Shown here: positions 39,635-49,328 of the stretch, in pieces | Layout: each line of letters opens with the position of its first letter | How positions within the stretch are numbered: position 1 is the stretch's first letter | Virus record (IMG/VR): IMGVR_UViG_3300039431_000490 | Coordinates: 4,498 to 68,497 of that record | Origin: a virus | Taxonomy: Duplodnaviria > Caudoviricetes | Direction: 5' to 3' (one strand) | Length of the DNA stretch: 64,000 nt | Translations under genes and position numbers: made by a program | Notes under the pieces: model-generated | Database searches by the model: none | Told to the model about the DNA's origin: nothing | Seen by the model: the letters and a program-made list of their open reading frames with translations, nothing else

Positions 39635-39687
39635 TTTTCCACTCTCCTGATCGAGAGTGGATTAACCATAAACTTTATTGAACAAAA

Positions 39688-40575
39688 ATGCATATATTAT
39701 GTCAAACATTGCCGAGTGGTAAACACTATCCATTCGAGTCAATTGAGGTCAAGCCAATGACCTTCGCTCAGGTACTAGAATACCTTGAAAATGTACCTGA
39801 TGATAAAAAGAATCCAATTGAAAGGTATTATTTCGATTACTGCATTGTAAAAGATGAAGATCCAAATGTAGATTCATTACTCCTGATTGATATGGAATAT
39901 GTGATTTACATGAAGAAAGCATTAACAGTGGCAGAAAACCTTGAATACAATTCAGAGATAGAATGCCCACGTTGTGGTGAACATCTTCACTATCATGTAA
40001 GTCTTGCAGGAATCGAATGGAATCATATGGATTCTCAAGCTCTTATGGGACTTGATATCATGTTTGGAGGTCAGATGATGACAGTTAGAATGCCTACTGT
40101 CATGGAATTTATGGAAGTCTTTAAGAAATACCGACTGTATAAGAAGGTTACTGATATGCGTATAATCAAGCTTATCAGTTTATTCGAGCAATCAGGAATG
40201 TATCTTCAAAAGATTGAAACAATGGTTGTAAATGCTACTTATAAAGATGTAGCAGCTTTATTCATGTTAGATGGCATATATTTCAATTTTGTTAAGCCAA
40301 TGCACCTTACTTGTAGTAAGTGTGTAGAGATGTATCAACCAACAGATCGGGAGATCTTCGATGCAAAAGCTAAAAATAATATCAAACCAGAGGATGATCT
40401 CCCCGAGGAATTAATGTATCAACTTAAACTGGAACATGGAGGCATCGAGATAGGTCTTGAAGACGTAGTCTCGTCATTTTTTCGTGATATCAATGAAAAT
40501 AACTCCCTTACTCCAGAAGAAATTATTCCTCGAAAAGTACGCGAAGATGCAGAATATCGAGATGTATACGATTAA
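39688..40575 (+). CDS. Tail/baseplate hub assembly chaperone (T4 gp26-like) with two CxxC motifs
   Basis: CPRC and CSKC; 'VRMPTV' motif; position between tube and tape measure. Confidence 0.65.
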   Translation: MHILCQTLPSGKHYPFESIEVKPMTFAQVLEYLENVPDDKKNPIERYYFDYCIVKDEDPNVDSLLLIDMEYVIYMKKALTVAENLEYNSEIECPRCGEHLHYHVSLAGIEWNHMDSQALMGLDIMFGGQMMTVRMPTVMEFMEVFKKYRLYKKVTDMRIIKLISLFEQSGMYLQKIETMVVNATYKDVAALFMLDGIYFNFVKPMHLTCSKCVEMYQPTDREIFDAKAKNNIKPEDDLPEELMYQLKLEHGGIEIGLEDVVSSFFRDINENNSLTPEEIIPRKVREDAEYRDVYD

Positions 40576-40672
40576 CTATATCAATAGATATTGGAATGTA
40601 TATAAGAAATATCTTGAAGATAATAAAGATAAAGATATAGACTTTCCTGAATTTAAGATTAATTTTAAATAA
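40484..40672 (+). CDS. Small ORF overlapping the chaperone 3' end in the +1 frame (gp51/gpT-like extension)
   Basis: Frame 2 is open from 40469 to TAA 40670-72 and could be reached by frameshift or started at ATG 40493. Confidence 0.65.
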   Translation: MISMKITPLLQKKLFLEKYAKMQNIEMYTINYINRYWNVYKKYLEDNKDKDIDFPEFKINFK

Positions 40673-40720
40673 TGGAACTGCTCAGTTGATTCTGAGCAAT
40701 TCTTCTAAAATATTTTTATT

Positions 40721-43700
40721 ATGGGATTACTAAAAGCAGGATTTAATATTGGAAAAGGACTGGTAGTCGGGCACATCAAAGATAAAATAAAAGATACTGT
40801 ATCCAATAAAGTTGAAAATGTAGCTTTTGGTCAAATGACCAAAGACATGTCTGACTCATCAGTTGAACTGCTACAACAGAAAGCTCATAAGCTGCAAGCA
40901 TCAGGTAATAGCTTCGGGAAAATCAGAGGTTATTACATGGATAAAGCTGCGACTAGAGAAAAATATAAAAGACTTCGTAAGGAACTCGGTAAAGATGAGT
41001 TTAAAAGACGTGGTTTAGCTTATCAAGAGAAACAAGATAAGCAAAGATTAAAAGGTGCACGTTCTGAAGCTCGTAGTTTAACTGCGATCTGGAAGAATGG
41101 TATCCAATCAGTTTTCACTTTACTCGGTGCCACATTTAGAGCAGCTAATACTGATAAACGTCCTAAACTTACGAATTCTAAGATTGAGTTAAATACTCAG
41201 TTAGAAGTTAAATCAGCCGAAGCTAAAGCTCAGGCTCAACAAGCTCGTGATGTAGCTGCAAGTATTAAGATTCCAGCTCAAGCTTCCAATGATAACTTAC
41301 GAGAGGTTTATGCTAGATCAAAACCAGTCGAGCAGAAACTTGATACTATAATAGATCAACTTAATACTCTTAACAAAGAACAGAATGATACTCGAAAGAA
41401 TTCATTGGAACTAGTTAAGATAAATAAAGCAGACTTTGAAGCTAAAGCTAATCGTCAAGATCAGCTATTAAATTCTCTTCAAAGAATGCAATCAAAAGTT
41501 GACAGTACTGTTCAAAGATCTGAAGACTCAATTAAAAGGGTAAAGACAGCTAAGATCAGTCCACTCGAGATTGTAAGTCAAGTTGGGATTGGTGGAGTTT
41601 TGAATATATTCAAACTTCTTAAAACCATCATCGGTGATCTTAATGCAGCTAAAGCTCCTGAATTAACTGGTGAGGTTGAAACTAAGAAAGCTACACTAGA
41701 TGCTATATCTGATTTAAAGAAAGATCTTAAATCAATTCAAAAAGAAGAGGGAAGTGAAGGTCAAGTACAGGTAATTCAACAACAAATGGCTGATCTAAAT
41801 AAAAGTCTGTTATTAGATCAGAAGAAGTTTAAAGAATTAACCACTCGACAGTTACTTACAGCAGTTTCAACTGTCAAGGAATCTGACTTATCACGTGCAG
41901 AAAATACTGAGATGCTTAGAGTACTAGCTCAAAAGCAAGAAGAATTATCTGAAACTGATAAGCAGCTTCTTAAAGCTAGGATTGAAGAACAGAAACAAAA
42001 ACTTCTTGATAAACAGAAAGATCTAGTTAAGAAAAAGTACGAAGATCAGATAAAGAAACTTGAGTTAAAATTAGCTGATACTGAGTTTAAGGGTAAAAAG
42101 AGAACTAAACTTGAAAATAGACAAGCTAAACTTAAAGCTAAAATTGAAGATGCTAAATTAACTAAAGAGGCTAAAAAGCAATTAGAAGGATCCAGATTTA
42201 ATCTTATTAAGAGATTAAAAGATAGAAAAGAAAAGAAACAAGAAGGTACACTTAAAGAACTTCTTTCAGTTACTAAGAAGATTCACTCTGATCAAAAGAA
42301 GAATTTTTGGGGCATTTTTAAAAAAATTGCTACATTTGGAGGTATAGCTGCCATTATTTATGGAATAGTAAAAGGAGGTCAAGGAGTTACTAGATGGATT
42401 AATGAGCACCTTTTTAAACCAGTAAAAGATTGGTGGAATGAAGAAGGTGGTATCGGAGAATCTTTAAAAAATTGGTGGGAAGGTCCAGATGGAAAAAGTG
42501 GGGCATCTGCTAAAATAACCTCATTTTTTACTAATCTATGGACTCAAACAACTGAAGCTATACCATTACTTAAAAATATAAGTGAAATTATCTCCAAATT
42601 TTGGAAAAAATATTCTGGAGAAGATGTAAGAGATCAATTAGCTAAATCCACTGGATTGGATACAGTAATTGATACTAAAAAATACAATGCTGATGAATTG
42701 CAGCAATTAAATAAAGTAATCTCTGATGGTAAGTTCACTGAAGATAGTTTAAAGCAGTTAGAAAGTGATTCAAGTACTAAGGATTTAGCTGCTAAGATAA
42801 AATCTAATGGAGATTATACTAAACTAGTTACTGCTGATGAAATTGGTAATAGTTTTGTGAGAAAAGTTGGAGTTAGTAATGAACTTGGATCAGCGAGTAC
42901 CACAAAAACTATGATATCTGATGCTGCTAGTACGAAAACAGGTAAAGCTGTTACAACAGTAGCTTCAGTTGGAGGAATGGCAGCTGCAGGTGGAGCTATT
43001 GGATCAGTAATTCCAGGAGTAGGTACTGCTATAGGTGCAGGCATAGGAGCAGCTTTAGGATTAGTAGTAAGTGACTACTTAAAGACTCAAGCTCATCTAA
43101 ATTCTTCAGATGTATTATCTAAAACTGACGAGATTAAAAATGGATTATTATCTAAATTAAAAGATATTGATTCAGATCACGATGGCAAAATTTCAATTAA
43201 GGAATACGAATCAGGTAAAGGAATTTTAACTAATGATGATAAGTTTTTCTTAAAAGAATTATTCAAAACTCAAGAAGGTAAAAATTTACTTGAATCGCAA
43301 GTTTCAACTAAATTGAACCAAGAGATTGCTGGATACTATCCCCAATATAAGTTAGAAGGGATGGGAACTCTTACTAAAATGGGAGTACAGCAAGCTCAAC
43401 GTGATGTGGACTACATGAATCTAGCTACTGATAAGAATTTACCTTGGTATCGAAGATTAATGTACTCCATGGCTGGATCACATGCTGGTAGATGGAATGG
43501 AGGTATTACATTACCTGGGGAAACTACCTGGTTAGGTGATGCTGGAAAGTCAGAATTGGCTGTTACTCCTAAAGGTGATATTATAGTATCACCTCCTACT
43601 ACAACTAAATATGATTTTCCTGCTGGAACTAAGATTTATCCTGATGCTAATGCGATATTAGCTAAAGTTCCAAAAGTAGTACCTGATCCGATACAATATC

Positions 43701-45211
43701 TTAAAGAAAATCCAAATTTACTAAAAGATGGTAATCCTAGATTACTAGAAACTGGTAAAGAGGATCGGGATTCATCTTGGTGGCCTAAAAAAACACAAGA
43801 TCAAGCTATAAAGCAATCAGATGGAATTACTGATGATCTTGCTGCTCGTCAAGCCTATTTAATGAGGTGGACTCAAGAGAATATGGGACTCACACCTGAG
43901 CAGTCAGCTGGAGTAGCAGGTGTATTTACTGCTGAGTCAAGAGTTAAACCTAATATATATGGAGGAATTGAAAAATACTCTGAAAAAGAGCATCCTGATA
44001 TTCTAAAGTATAGAGCTAAAGGTATTAAATATTTACCAAATGGATATGGAGCAGGATTAGCACAGTGGACTAATACTGATGACTTTAAACATTATGGTAA
44101 ACCTGGATTTAATGATACTTTTGGTTGGAAAACTGATATTCTTAATAGTATCAATGCAAATCGAGTAGCAACTGGAAGACCTAAAGTCACCGCAGTTGAA
44201 AATTCTTCAATGGATGATCAGTTAGTAGCCTTTAAGGATTCGATTGAAACTGGACGTAAAAAAGGTTTCTTAGAAAAATTGAAAGCTGCAAGAACTGTCG
44301 AAGATGCCACTGATGTGATGTTAAGAGGTTATGAGAATGGTGGTAGAGGATCACTTGCATCCAAAGAAGCTATTGATAAATATACCTGGGCAGGTGGATA
44401 TGCTGGATCAATGAAATCTAGAGTTGGCCATGCTAAAGCTGCTTTAGCTAATTGGAAGCGATTCGAAGGGATGCCAATCAATATTGAAGAGCATCTTGGA
44501 GATATGTCAGATGGAATGGGTAAAGGTAGAAAAGATAGAGGTTCTTATAAAGCTGAAGATGCTGGAGAATGGTATCAGAATATGGGTGGCAAGATTAGTA
44601 ATACAATTACAGATATAGTTGGAAATATCAAAGATTGGATTACTGGTAAGTCAGCTATAGCTGGAGAAGCTCTTTATGGTTCAGCTAATTCAGATGATGG
44701 ACTACTAAAGAAACTAAATGTATTTTGGGGTAAACATGTAGGTAAATATGTAGAAGGTAGAGATAAAAGAGTTAAAGTAGATGAATTTGGGAATGAAATT
44801 CAACCTAAGTCTAAAGAAACTCAAAAACCTACACAGATCGCTACTCAGTCTACTTATACCCCGGAAGGCAGTCCGGATTTTATAGGATCTAGGCAACAAT
44901 TATTCCAACCAGTAAAGAGTCCATTAATTCAAGCTAAAGTTGAAGCAACTCACAGTCCAGGATTAGCTGGAATTAAATCTCCAATACTAACTCCAGATAC
45001 TGAAGCTGGACCTCAACAATCAGCATTAGCTAAACAATTGGAAATAATGAATAACATTGATCGCCAGCTCAATGATCAACCTTGGAATATGTCACGTGAT
45101 AATGGCACTTCTATTGGACAAATCAGAGGTGGTGATACTAATACTACTATCATCAATAATAATATGGTTATTGATGATGCTAAAACTGTAGAAATGCGAA
45201 ATAATCAATAA
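40721..45211 (+). CDS. Tape-measure-like protein with phage tail lysozyme (Phage_lysozyme2-type) domain
   Basis: Long helical Lys-rich body; Gly-rich hydrophobic segments; 'GGITLPGETTWLGDAGKSEL...PAGTKIYP' TMP module; 'SAGVAGVFTAES...GAGLAQWT...RGYENG' lysozyme motifs. Confidence 0.85.
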   Translation: MGLLKAGFNIGKGLVVGHIKDKIKDTVSNKVENVAFGQMTKDMSDSSVELLQQKAHKLQASGNSFGKIRGYYMDKAATREKYKRLRKELGKDEFKRRGLAYQEKQDKQRLKGARSEARSLTAIWKNGIQSVFTLLGATFRAANTDKRPKLTNSKIELNTQLEVKSAEAKAQAQQARDVAASIKIPAQASNDNLREVYARSKPVEQKLDTIIDQLNTLNKEQNDTRKNSLELVKINKADFEAKANRQDQLLNSLQRMQSKVDSTVQRSEDSIKRVKTAKISPLEIVSQVGIGGVLNIFKLLKTIIGDLNAAKAPELTGEVETKKATLDAISDLKKDLKSIQKEEGSEGQVQVIQQQMADLNKSLLLDQKKFKELTTRQLLTAVSTVKESDLSRAENTEMLRVLAQKQEELSETDKQLLKARIEEQKQKLLDKQKDLVKKKYEDQIKKLELKLADTEFKGKKRTKLENRQAKLKAKIEDAKLTKEAKKQLEGSRFNLIKRLKDRKEKKQEGTLKELLSVTKKIHSDQKKNFWGIFKKIATFGGIAAIIYGIVKGGQGVTRWINEHLFKPVKDWWNEEGGIGESLKNWWEGPDGKSGASAKITSFFTNLWTQTTEAIPLLKNISEIISKFWKKYSGEDVRDQLAKSTGLDTVIDTKKYNADELQQLNKVISDGKFTEDSLKQLESDSSTKDLAAKIKSNGDYTKLVTADEIGNSFVRKVGVSNELGSASTTKTMISDAASTKTGKAVTTVASVGGMAAAGGAIGSVIPGVGTAIGAGIGAALGLVVSDYLKTQAHLNSSDVLSKTDEIKNGLLSKLKDIDSDHDGKISIKEYESGKGILTNDDKFFLKELFKTQEGKNLLESQVSTKLNQEIAGYYPQYKLEGMGTLTKMGVQQAQRDVDYMNLATDKNLPWYRRLMYSMAGSHAGRWNGGITLPGETTWLGDAGKSELAVTPKGDIIVSPPTTTKYDFPAGTKIYPDANAILAKVPKVVPDPIQYLKENPNLLKDGNPRLLETGKEDRDSSWWPKKTQDQAIKQSDGITDDLAARQAYLMRWTQENMGLTPEQSAGVAGVFTAESRVKPNIYGGIEKYSEKEHPDILKYRAKGIKYLPNGYGAGLAQWTNTDDFKHYGKPGFNDTFGWKTDILNSINANRVATGRPKVTAVENSSMDDQLVAFKDSIETGRKKGFLEKLKAARTVEDATDVMLRGYENGGRGSLASKEAIDKYTWAGGYAGSMKSRVGHAKAALANWKRFEGMPINIEEHLGDMSDGMGKGRKDRGSYKAEDAGEWYQNMGGKISNTITDIVGNIKDWITGKSAIAGEALYGSANSDDGLLKKLNVFWGKHVGKYVEGRDKRVKVDEFGNEIQPKSKETQKPTQIATQSTYTPEGSPDFIGSRQQLFQPVKSPLIQAKVEATHSPGLAGIKSPILTPDTEAGPQQSALAKQLEIMNNIDRQLNDQPWNMSRDNGTSIGQIRGGDTNTTIINNNMVIDDAKTVEMRNNQ

Positions 45212-45258
45212 AGTTATAGGCATATTAATTTATGCCTATATCTCTAAAATATTAAATT

Positions 45259-46197
45259 ATGCCAAAAGATTTAAACTTCTTTTACGAACAGCAACTATTT
45301 AATGATAAAACTTCCTGGAGATTATTCCCAGATCAGGAGGCAGTAAGTGTTAATAAGGATGGACAAAAAGCTACTAAAACTATCGGCAAATATTCTGATA
45401 GTCCTTTGATTAGAGGTATTGTTACTGAAACTAGTTTTGGATTTAGTACTGAACATAATTACTCTGGACCTGAAGATGTGGGTGGAATTGGTAAGCTACT
45501 CCAAGGTGCAGCTGGAATGGCAACTAATTTTTCTCAAGCTGCAGGAATGATTGGAGGTGGAACTAATGACTTACTGCAAACTGTTACTGGGAAGGGTTTA
45601 GATGAACATATTAAAGACATTAGAGAGAAAACAACAACTGAGTCTAATGGAGTTAGTATGATTGGTGATATCCTTGATTTTGCAAGAAGTCATGCTGGAG
45701 GAGCATTTATCACCAGTTATGATTATATCAAGACTTTCAAGGGAACTAGTACTAACTTTGAATTACCACAGTTAGAAACTAGGATATACCATGACTTACC
45801 TACAGTAGCTGGAGCTACAACAGTTAAAACTGCCGTAGAGAAATTGAATTTAGCTTTTATTGGAGGTATTTCTGAGAATATACAATTATTTGCTTTTCAG
45901 GAAGCTCCGAATAAATATCTACCTTCATTTAAAGGAATTCCAAAGAGTAATGAATCGGATCCCATCCCAGGTACTTTCTTATTAAAGTACGGACCTTTTC
46001 AGATTCCAAATTTATTAATATCTAATTTCAGTATTAGATTTTCTACATTTTATGTCAGAGAAGGACTTAGATCAAATAAAGAATCTGGAGTCAAAAAAGG
46101 TGAATTTCTTTATGCTGATGTAAAGATAACATTAATGCCTTGTACTTATGTATCACGGGATCTTCTAACTTCAGTGATAAAAAATCTAAGTTATTAG
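45259..46197 (+). CDS. Baseplate/tube-initiator-like protein
   Basis: Follows the tape measure; 'IPNLLISNFSIRFS...YADVKITLMP' tube-fold pattern. Confidence 0.55.
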   Translation: MPKDLNFFYEQQLFNDKTSWRLFPDQEAVSVNKDGQKATKTIGKYSDSPLIRGIVTETSFGFSTEHNYSGPEDVGGIGKLLQGAAGMATNFSQAAGMIGGGTNDLLQTVTGKGLDEHIKDIREKTTTESNGVSMIGDILDFARSHAGGAFITSYDYIKTFKGTSTNFELPQLETRIYHDLPTVAGATTVKTAVEKLNLAFIGGISENIQLFAFQEAPNKYLPSFKGIPKSNESDPIPGTFLLKYGPFQIPNLLISNFSIRFSTFYVREGLRSNKESGVKKGEFLYADVKITLMPCTYVSRDLLTSVIKNLSY

Positions 46198-46199
46198 TT

Positions 46200-46520
46200 A
46201 TGTTTAAAAGGTCTAGATCATATGCAGTGAGTGGAAAAGTAGATCCAGAACGTTTTATTGAAAATATTAATGACGTCAGTGATCTAGCTAACTCTGACTT
46301 ACTATATAAATTAGATCAAGAAATGGAAAGTAGAAGGTATTATGAAATTACCAGATATGAGTATAGAATTGATCTAATTGCTCGAGAAATTTATGGTGAT
46401 ATAGATTACTCTTGGATCTTAATGTATATAAATAGATTAGATGTTACTGATCTAGTAAGAGGTCGAAAGATTCAATATATTCCACCAGATATTCTTGATG
46501 AAATAATTTCACTTGCATGA
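46200..46520 (+). CDS. Baseplate wedge protein, gp53/LysM-like
   Basis: 'EYRIDLIAREIYGDIDYSWILMYIN...IQYIP'; ATG 46200 is preferred over the track start 46140. Confidence 0.75.
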   Translation: MFKRSRSYAVSGKVDPERFIENINDVSDLANSDLLYKLDQEMESRRYYEITRYEYRIDLIAREIYGDIDYSWILMYINRLDVTDLVRGRKIQYIPPDILDEIISLA

Positions 46521-47497
46521 GTAAAATATTTAAATCTTATGATAAATCTGAATTCTATATAAATAATTTATTTGAATTAAATATAGATATTCACAATATC
46601 AAGATTACAGAAAGTTTATTTGGTGATATCCCTACAATAGAACTTCAATTTAATTGTGATCCTGATGACCTTAAAGATTATAAGATAAATAAAGTTCTAA
46701 CTGGCACGCTAACTAGTCCAGATGGATTTACAAATACAATAAATGGATTCATCTATAAGCTTACCCTAGACCTCAATGAGGTAACTATGGGAATAATGAA
46801 CTGTGATCCAGAGTTTACTAAAAATAAAGTTGTATCAAAATATCTAAAAATAGATAATGCTGTAGATTCAACTTGGAAACGTGGGAGATATATTGAAAGA
46901 AAAAGACCTCAAGTAAAGACTGATATAAACTTTGCTGATGATGGACTGCATAGTATATATCAAAGGATGGAGTCAAATTATACATTCTGCAATAGATTAT
47001 GTAGATCATATAAACATAATACAGTTTATGGATTTCTATTTGATGGATTAAGATTTCTAGATCTAGATAATCTTGGTACAGAAGAATGTGAGGTACATGA
47101 CCAGTCTGGATGGAAATTAATGAACCCTCCCCAGTGGTCTGACTCTAAATTCTATGATAATGATGTGGATTACATTGACTATAATCATAAGAGTCCAGAG
47201 TATGAATTAGATCCAAATCACACCATTGTCAGTCTTTATGGACGTCAAGTTGTAGTAGACTCAATATATAAAGAATTAGTTGGTAATTTCTTATATAATG
47301 ATAGATTATCTCATTCTAAACAAGTTGCTAACTTTAAATGTCATTACTTAGATAAAGTTCAGGTTGGAGATTATTTTAAACTCAAATCTAAGCAAATCGA
47401 ATTTAATGATGTATTCTTATCAAAGAGAATAATTGAATTTAGGGAATCTTCTACAGAGGTTTCTTATGAAGTAAGATCAATTAAACCATGGAGTTAA
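46517..47497 (+). CDS. Baseplate hub protein (gp27/late-control D-like)
   Basis: Size and synteny between gp53-like and spike genes; 'YQRMESNYTFCNRLC' region. Confidence 0.55.
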   Translation: MSKIFKSYDKSEFYINNLFELNIDIHNIKITESLFGDIPTIELQFNCDPDDLKDYKINKVLTGTLTSPDGFTNTINGFIYKLTLDLNEVTMGIMNCDPEFTKNKVVSKYLKIDNAVDSTWKRGRYIERKRPQVKTDINFADDGLHSIYQRMESNYTFCNRLCRSYKHNTVYGFLFDGLRFLDLDNLGTEECEVHDQSGWKLMNPPQWSDSKFYDNDVDYIDYNHKSPEYELDPNHTIVSLYGRQVVVDSIYKELVGNFLYNDRLSHSKQVANFKCHYLDKVQVGDYFKLKSKQIEFNDVFLSKRIIEFRESSTEVSYEVRSIKPWS

Positions 47498-48114
47498 AAT
47501 TTGGAAAAGTAACCGAAATTGTTGATTCTAATAAATTTATAGTAAAGTTTACTGTTGAAGATGACATTGAAGATGCCGTAGCATATCCAATTGATACTTT
47601 TGATGAGCCTAATGTAGGTGATCCAATTCAAATATATGGAATTGATACTATCTTTGGAATGTCATTTGTATATCAGAAACAAAGGCTATTTGATCATACT
47701 AGAATCAAACTTGGTGAACAAATGGTTGATGTCACTGATCATAATGTAACCATTACTTCAGCACTAGAAACTGAAGATGACGGTACTTACGGTGATTCCG
47801 ATGACGGTGTAAAAGTAGCAACTGGCAAAGGACGTACTATTGAGATTGATGCTGATGGTAAAATAGTAGTCCATTCTGGAAAAGACACTGAAGTTACTAT
47901 TGATAAAAATCTTAATATTGAAGTAAAAGGTGCAGCAAAAATAAATGTAACTAATAGCTGTGAATTAAAAGCAAGGACAGTTACTGTTGATACTAAAATA
48001 CTTCAAATTAAGGGTGCAAAGAATGTAGCTCCTAATCCAACTGGAGGTCCATTCTGTGCCATTAAAGTATGTCCATATACTGGATTACCTCATACTGGTG
48101 ACGTAGCGATGTAG
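47488..48114 (+). CDS. Central spike protein (gp5/gpV-like)
   Basis: N-terminal OB-fold (FGKVTEIVD...EPNVGDPIQI), beta-helix-like strands, C-terminal CAIKVCPYTGLPHTG apex. Confidence 0.75.
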   Translation: MELKFGKVTEIVDSNKFIVKFTVEDDIEDAVAYPIDTFDEPNVGDPIQIYGIDTIFGMSFVYQKQRLFDHTRIKLGEQMVDVTDHNVTITSALETEDDGTYGDSDDGVKVATGKGRTIEIDADGKIVVHSGKDTEVTIDKNLNIEVKGAAKINVTNSCELKARTVTVDTKILQIKGAKNVAPNPTGGPFCAIKVCPYTGLPHTGDVAM

Positions 48115-48116
48115 TT

Positions 48117-49328
48117 ATGAAAGTACAGTTAGATAGAACTTCTATATTATTTGAAGCTAATGGTATAGAGAGTCAAAAACAATCACTTGCAGATAGTGGA
48201 TTTATATCTATTAATGTTGATGGTGTAGATGATCTTAATGCAGTAATATCTGGTTCAGTTCCAATCCCTGGTATGTCAGTTTCAATAGACAAAGTCCCAG
48301 TACAAAAATATAATGTTGGAACAGATTATGAAATTACTACATATAATGTAAAATCAATTCATATTACAGTACCTGAAAATACTAGTGAAGAACCTATTCA
48401 GCAGAAACCAGTAAAAATTCAATTTACTGGTAAGGCTATCTTCCTAGATCCAGCCACTGAACTATATACCCTGATTCCTGCTGGAACTGATGTTCAAACA
48501 ATTGAGGTTACTCAATCTGCTAAAGAATTACAAATCGATGATGTTGATACCGGAGCTGCTGAGGATGAAGGTTCTTGTAGTATGGATGACTATGCAAGTG
48601 GTAATAATGCTGGATTCGTATTTGAGTTAGTTCTTGGGGTAGCAATGCCTGGAATAGTTGAATTAATATCTCAAGTTAAATCAATGGTGACTACCGAAGT
48701 TGAGTCATTGACTAAAGATATTAGTGAAACTATAAAGGAAATTAAGGATGAGCTATTATCAATAGATGATATGCTTAAACAAAAAGATCTTACTGAAACT
48801 AAACGTCAGCGACTTCTAAAAAAGAAAGAAAAACTTGAAAAACAAATCCAAGATCTTCAACAAGAATTAACTGACAAAGTTAATGACTTAAAAGAAAGAG
48901 CTCAACAATTACAACAGCAAGTACAGGATCAAGTAAAAGGGATAGTAGAAGGTAAAGGTAATCTTGGAATAGAAATAAAGAATCACCTTAAAAACATTAA
49001 AGATCAATCAGCTATCGTAATTAAAGCAATTCCTAAATTAGTAGTTAATGCTGGAACTGCTATTATTGAGCCAATGACCGCAATCACAGCTTGCGCAGTT
49101 GGTCCTTGTGTAACTGCTACGAATCCTGGACAGATACTTGGTACACTTACTAGACTTGGTCAGCAAGCTACAGCATTAAAAGAACCTATAAGTAGTCTGA
49201 AACAATCTGCAGAATTTCTTCAATTTAATGGAGATGTTGGTAAAAAGTATGGATTAGATAAAGTATTGAAACCAATTGAAATAGTTGAAAAAGGAATTAA
49301 TACAATTGCTAAACTTACTGGCAATTAA
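48117..49328 (+). CDS. Hypothetical baseplate-region protein with long coiled coil
   Basis: ORF track; Lys/Gln/Glu heptads. Confidence 0.7.
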   Translation: MKVQLDRTSILFEANGIESQKQSLADSGFISINVDGVDDLNAVISGSVPIPGMSVSIDKVPVQKYNVGTDYEITTYNVKSIHITVPENTSEEPIQQKPVKIQFTGKAIFLDPATELYTLIPAGTDVQTIEVTQSAKELQIDDVDTGAAEDEGSCSMDDYASGNNAGFVFELVLGVAMPGIVELISQVKSMVTTEVESLTKDISETIKEIKDELLSIDDMLKQKDLTETKRQRLLKKKEKLEKQIQDLQQELTDKVNDLKERAQQLQQQVQDQVKGIVEGKGNLGIEIKNHLKNIKDQSAIVIKAIPKLVVNAGTAIIEPMTAITACAVGPCVTATNPGQILGTLTRLGQQATALKEPISSLKQSAEFLQFNGDVGKKYGLDKVLKPIEIVEKGINTIAKLTGN

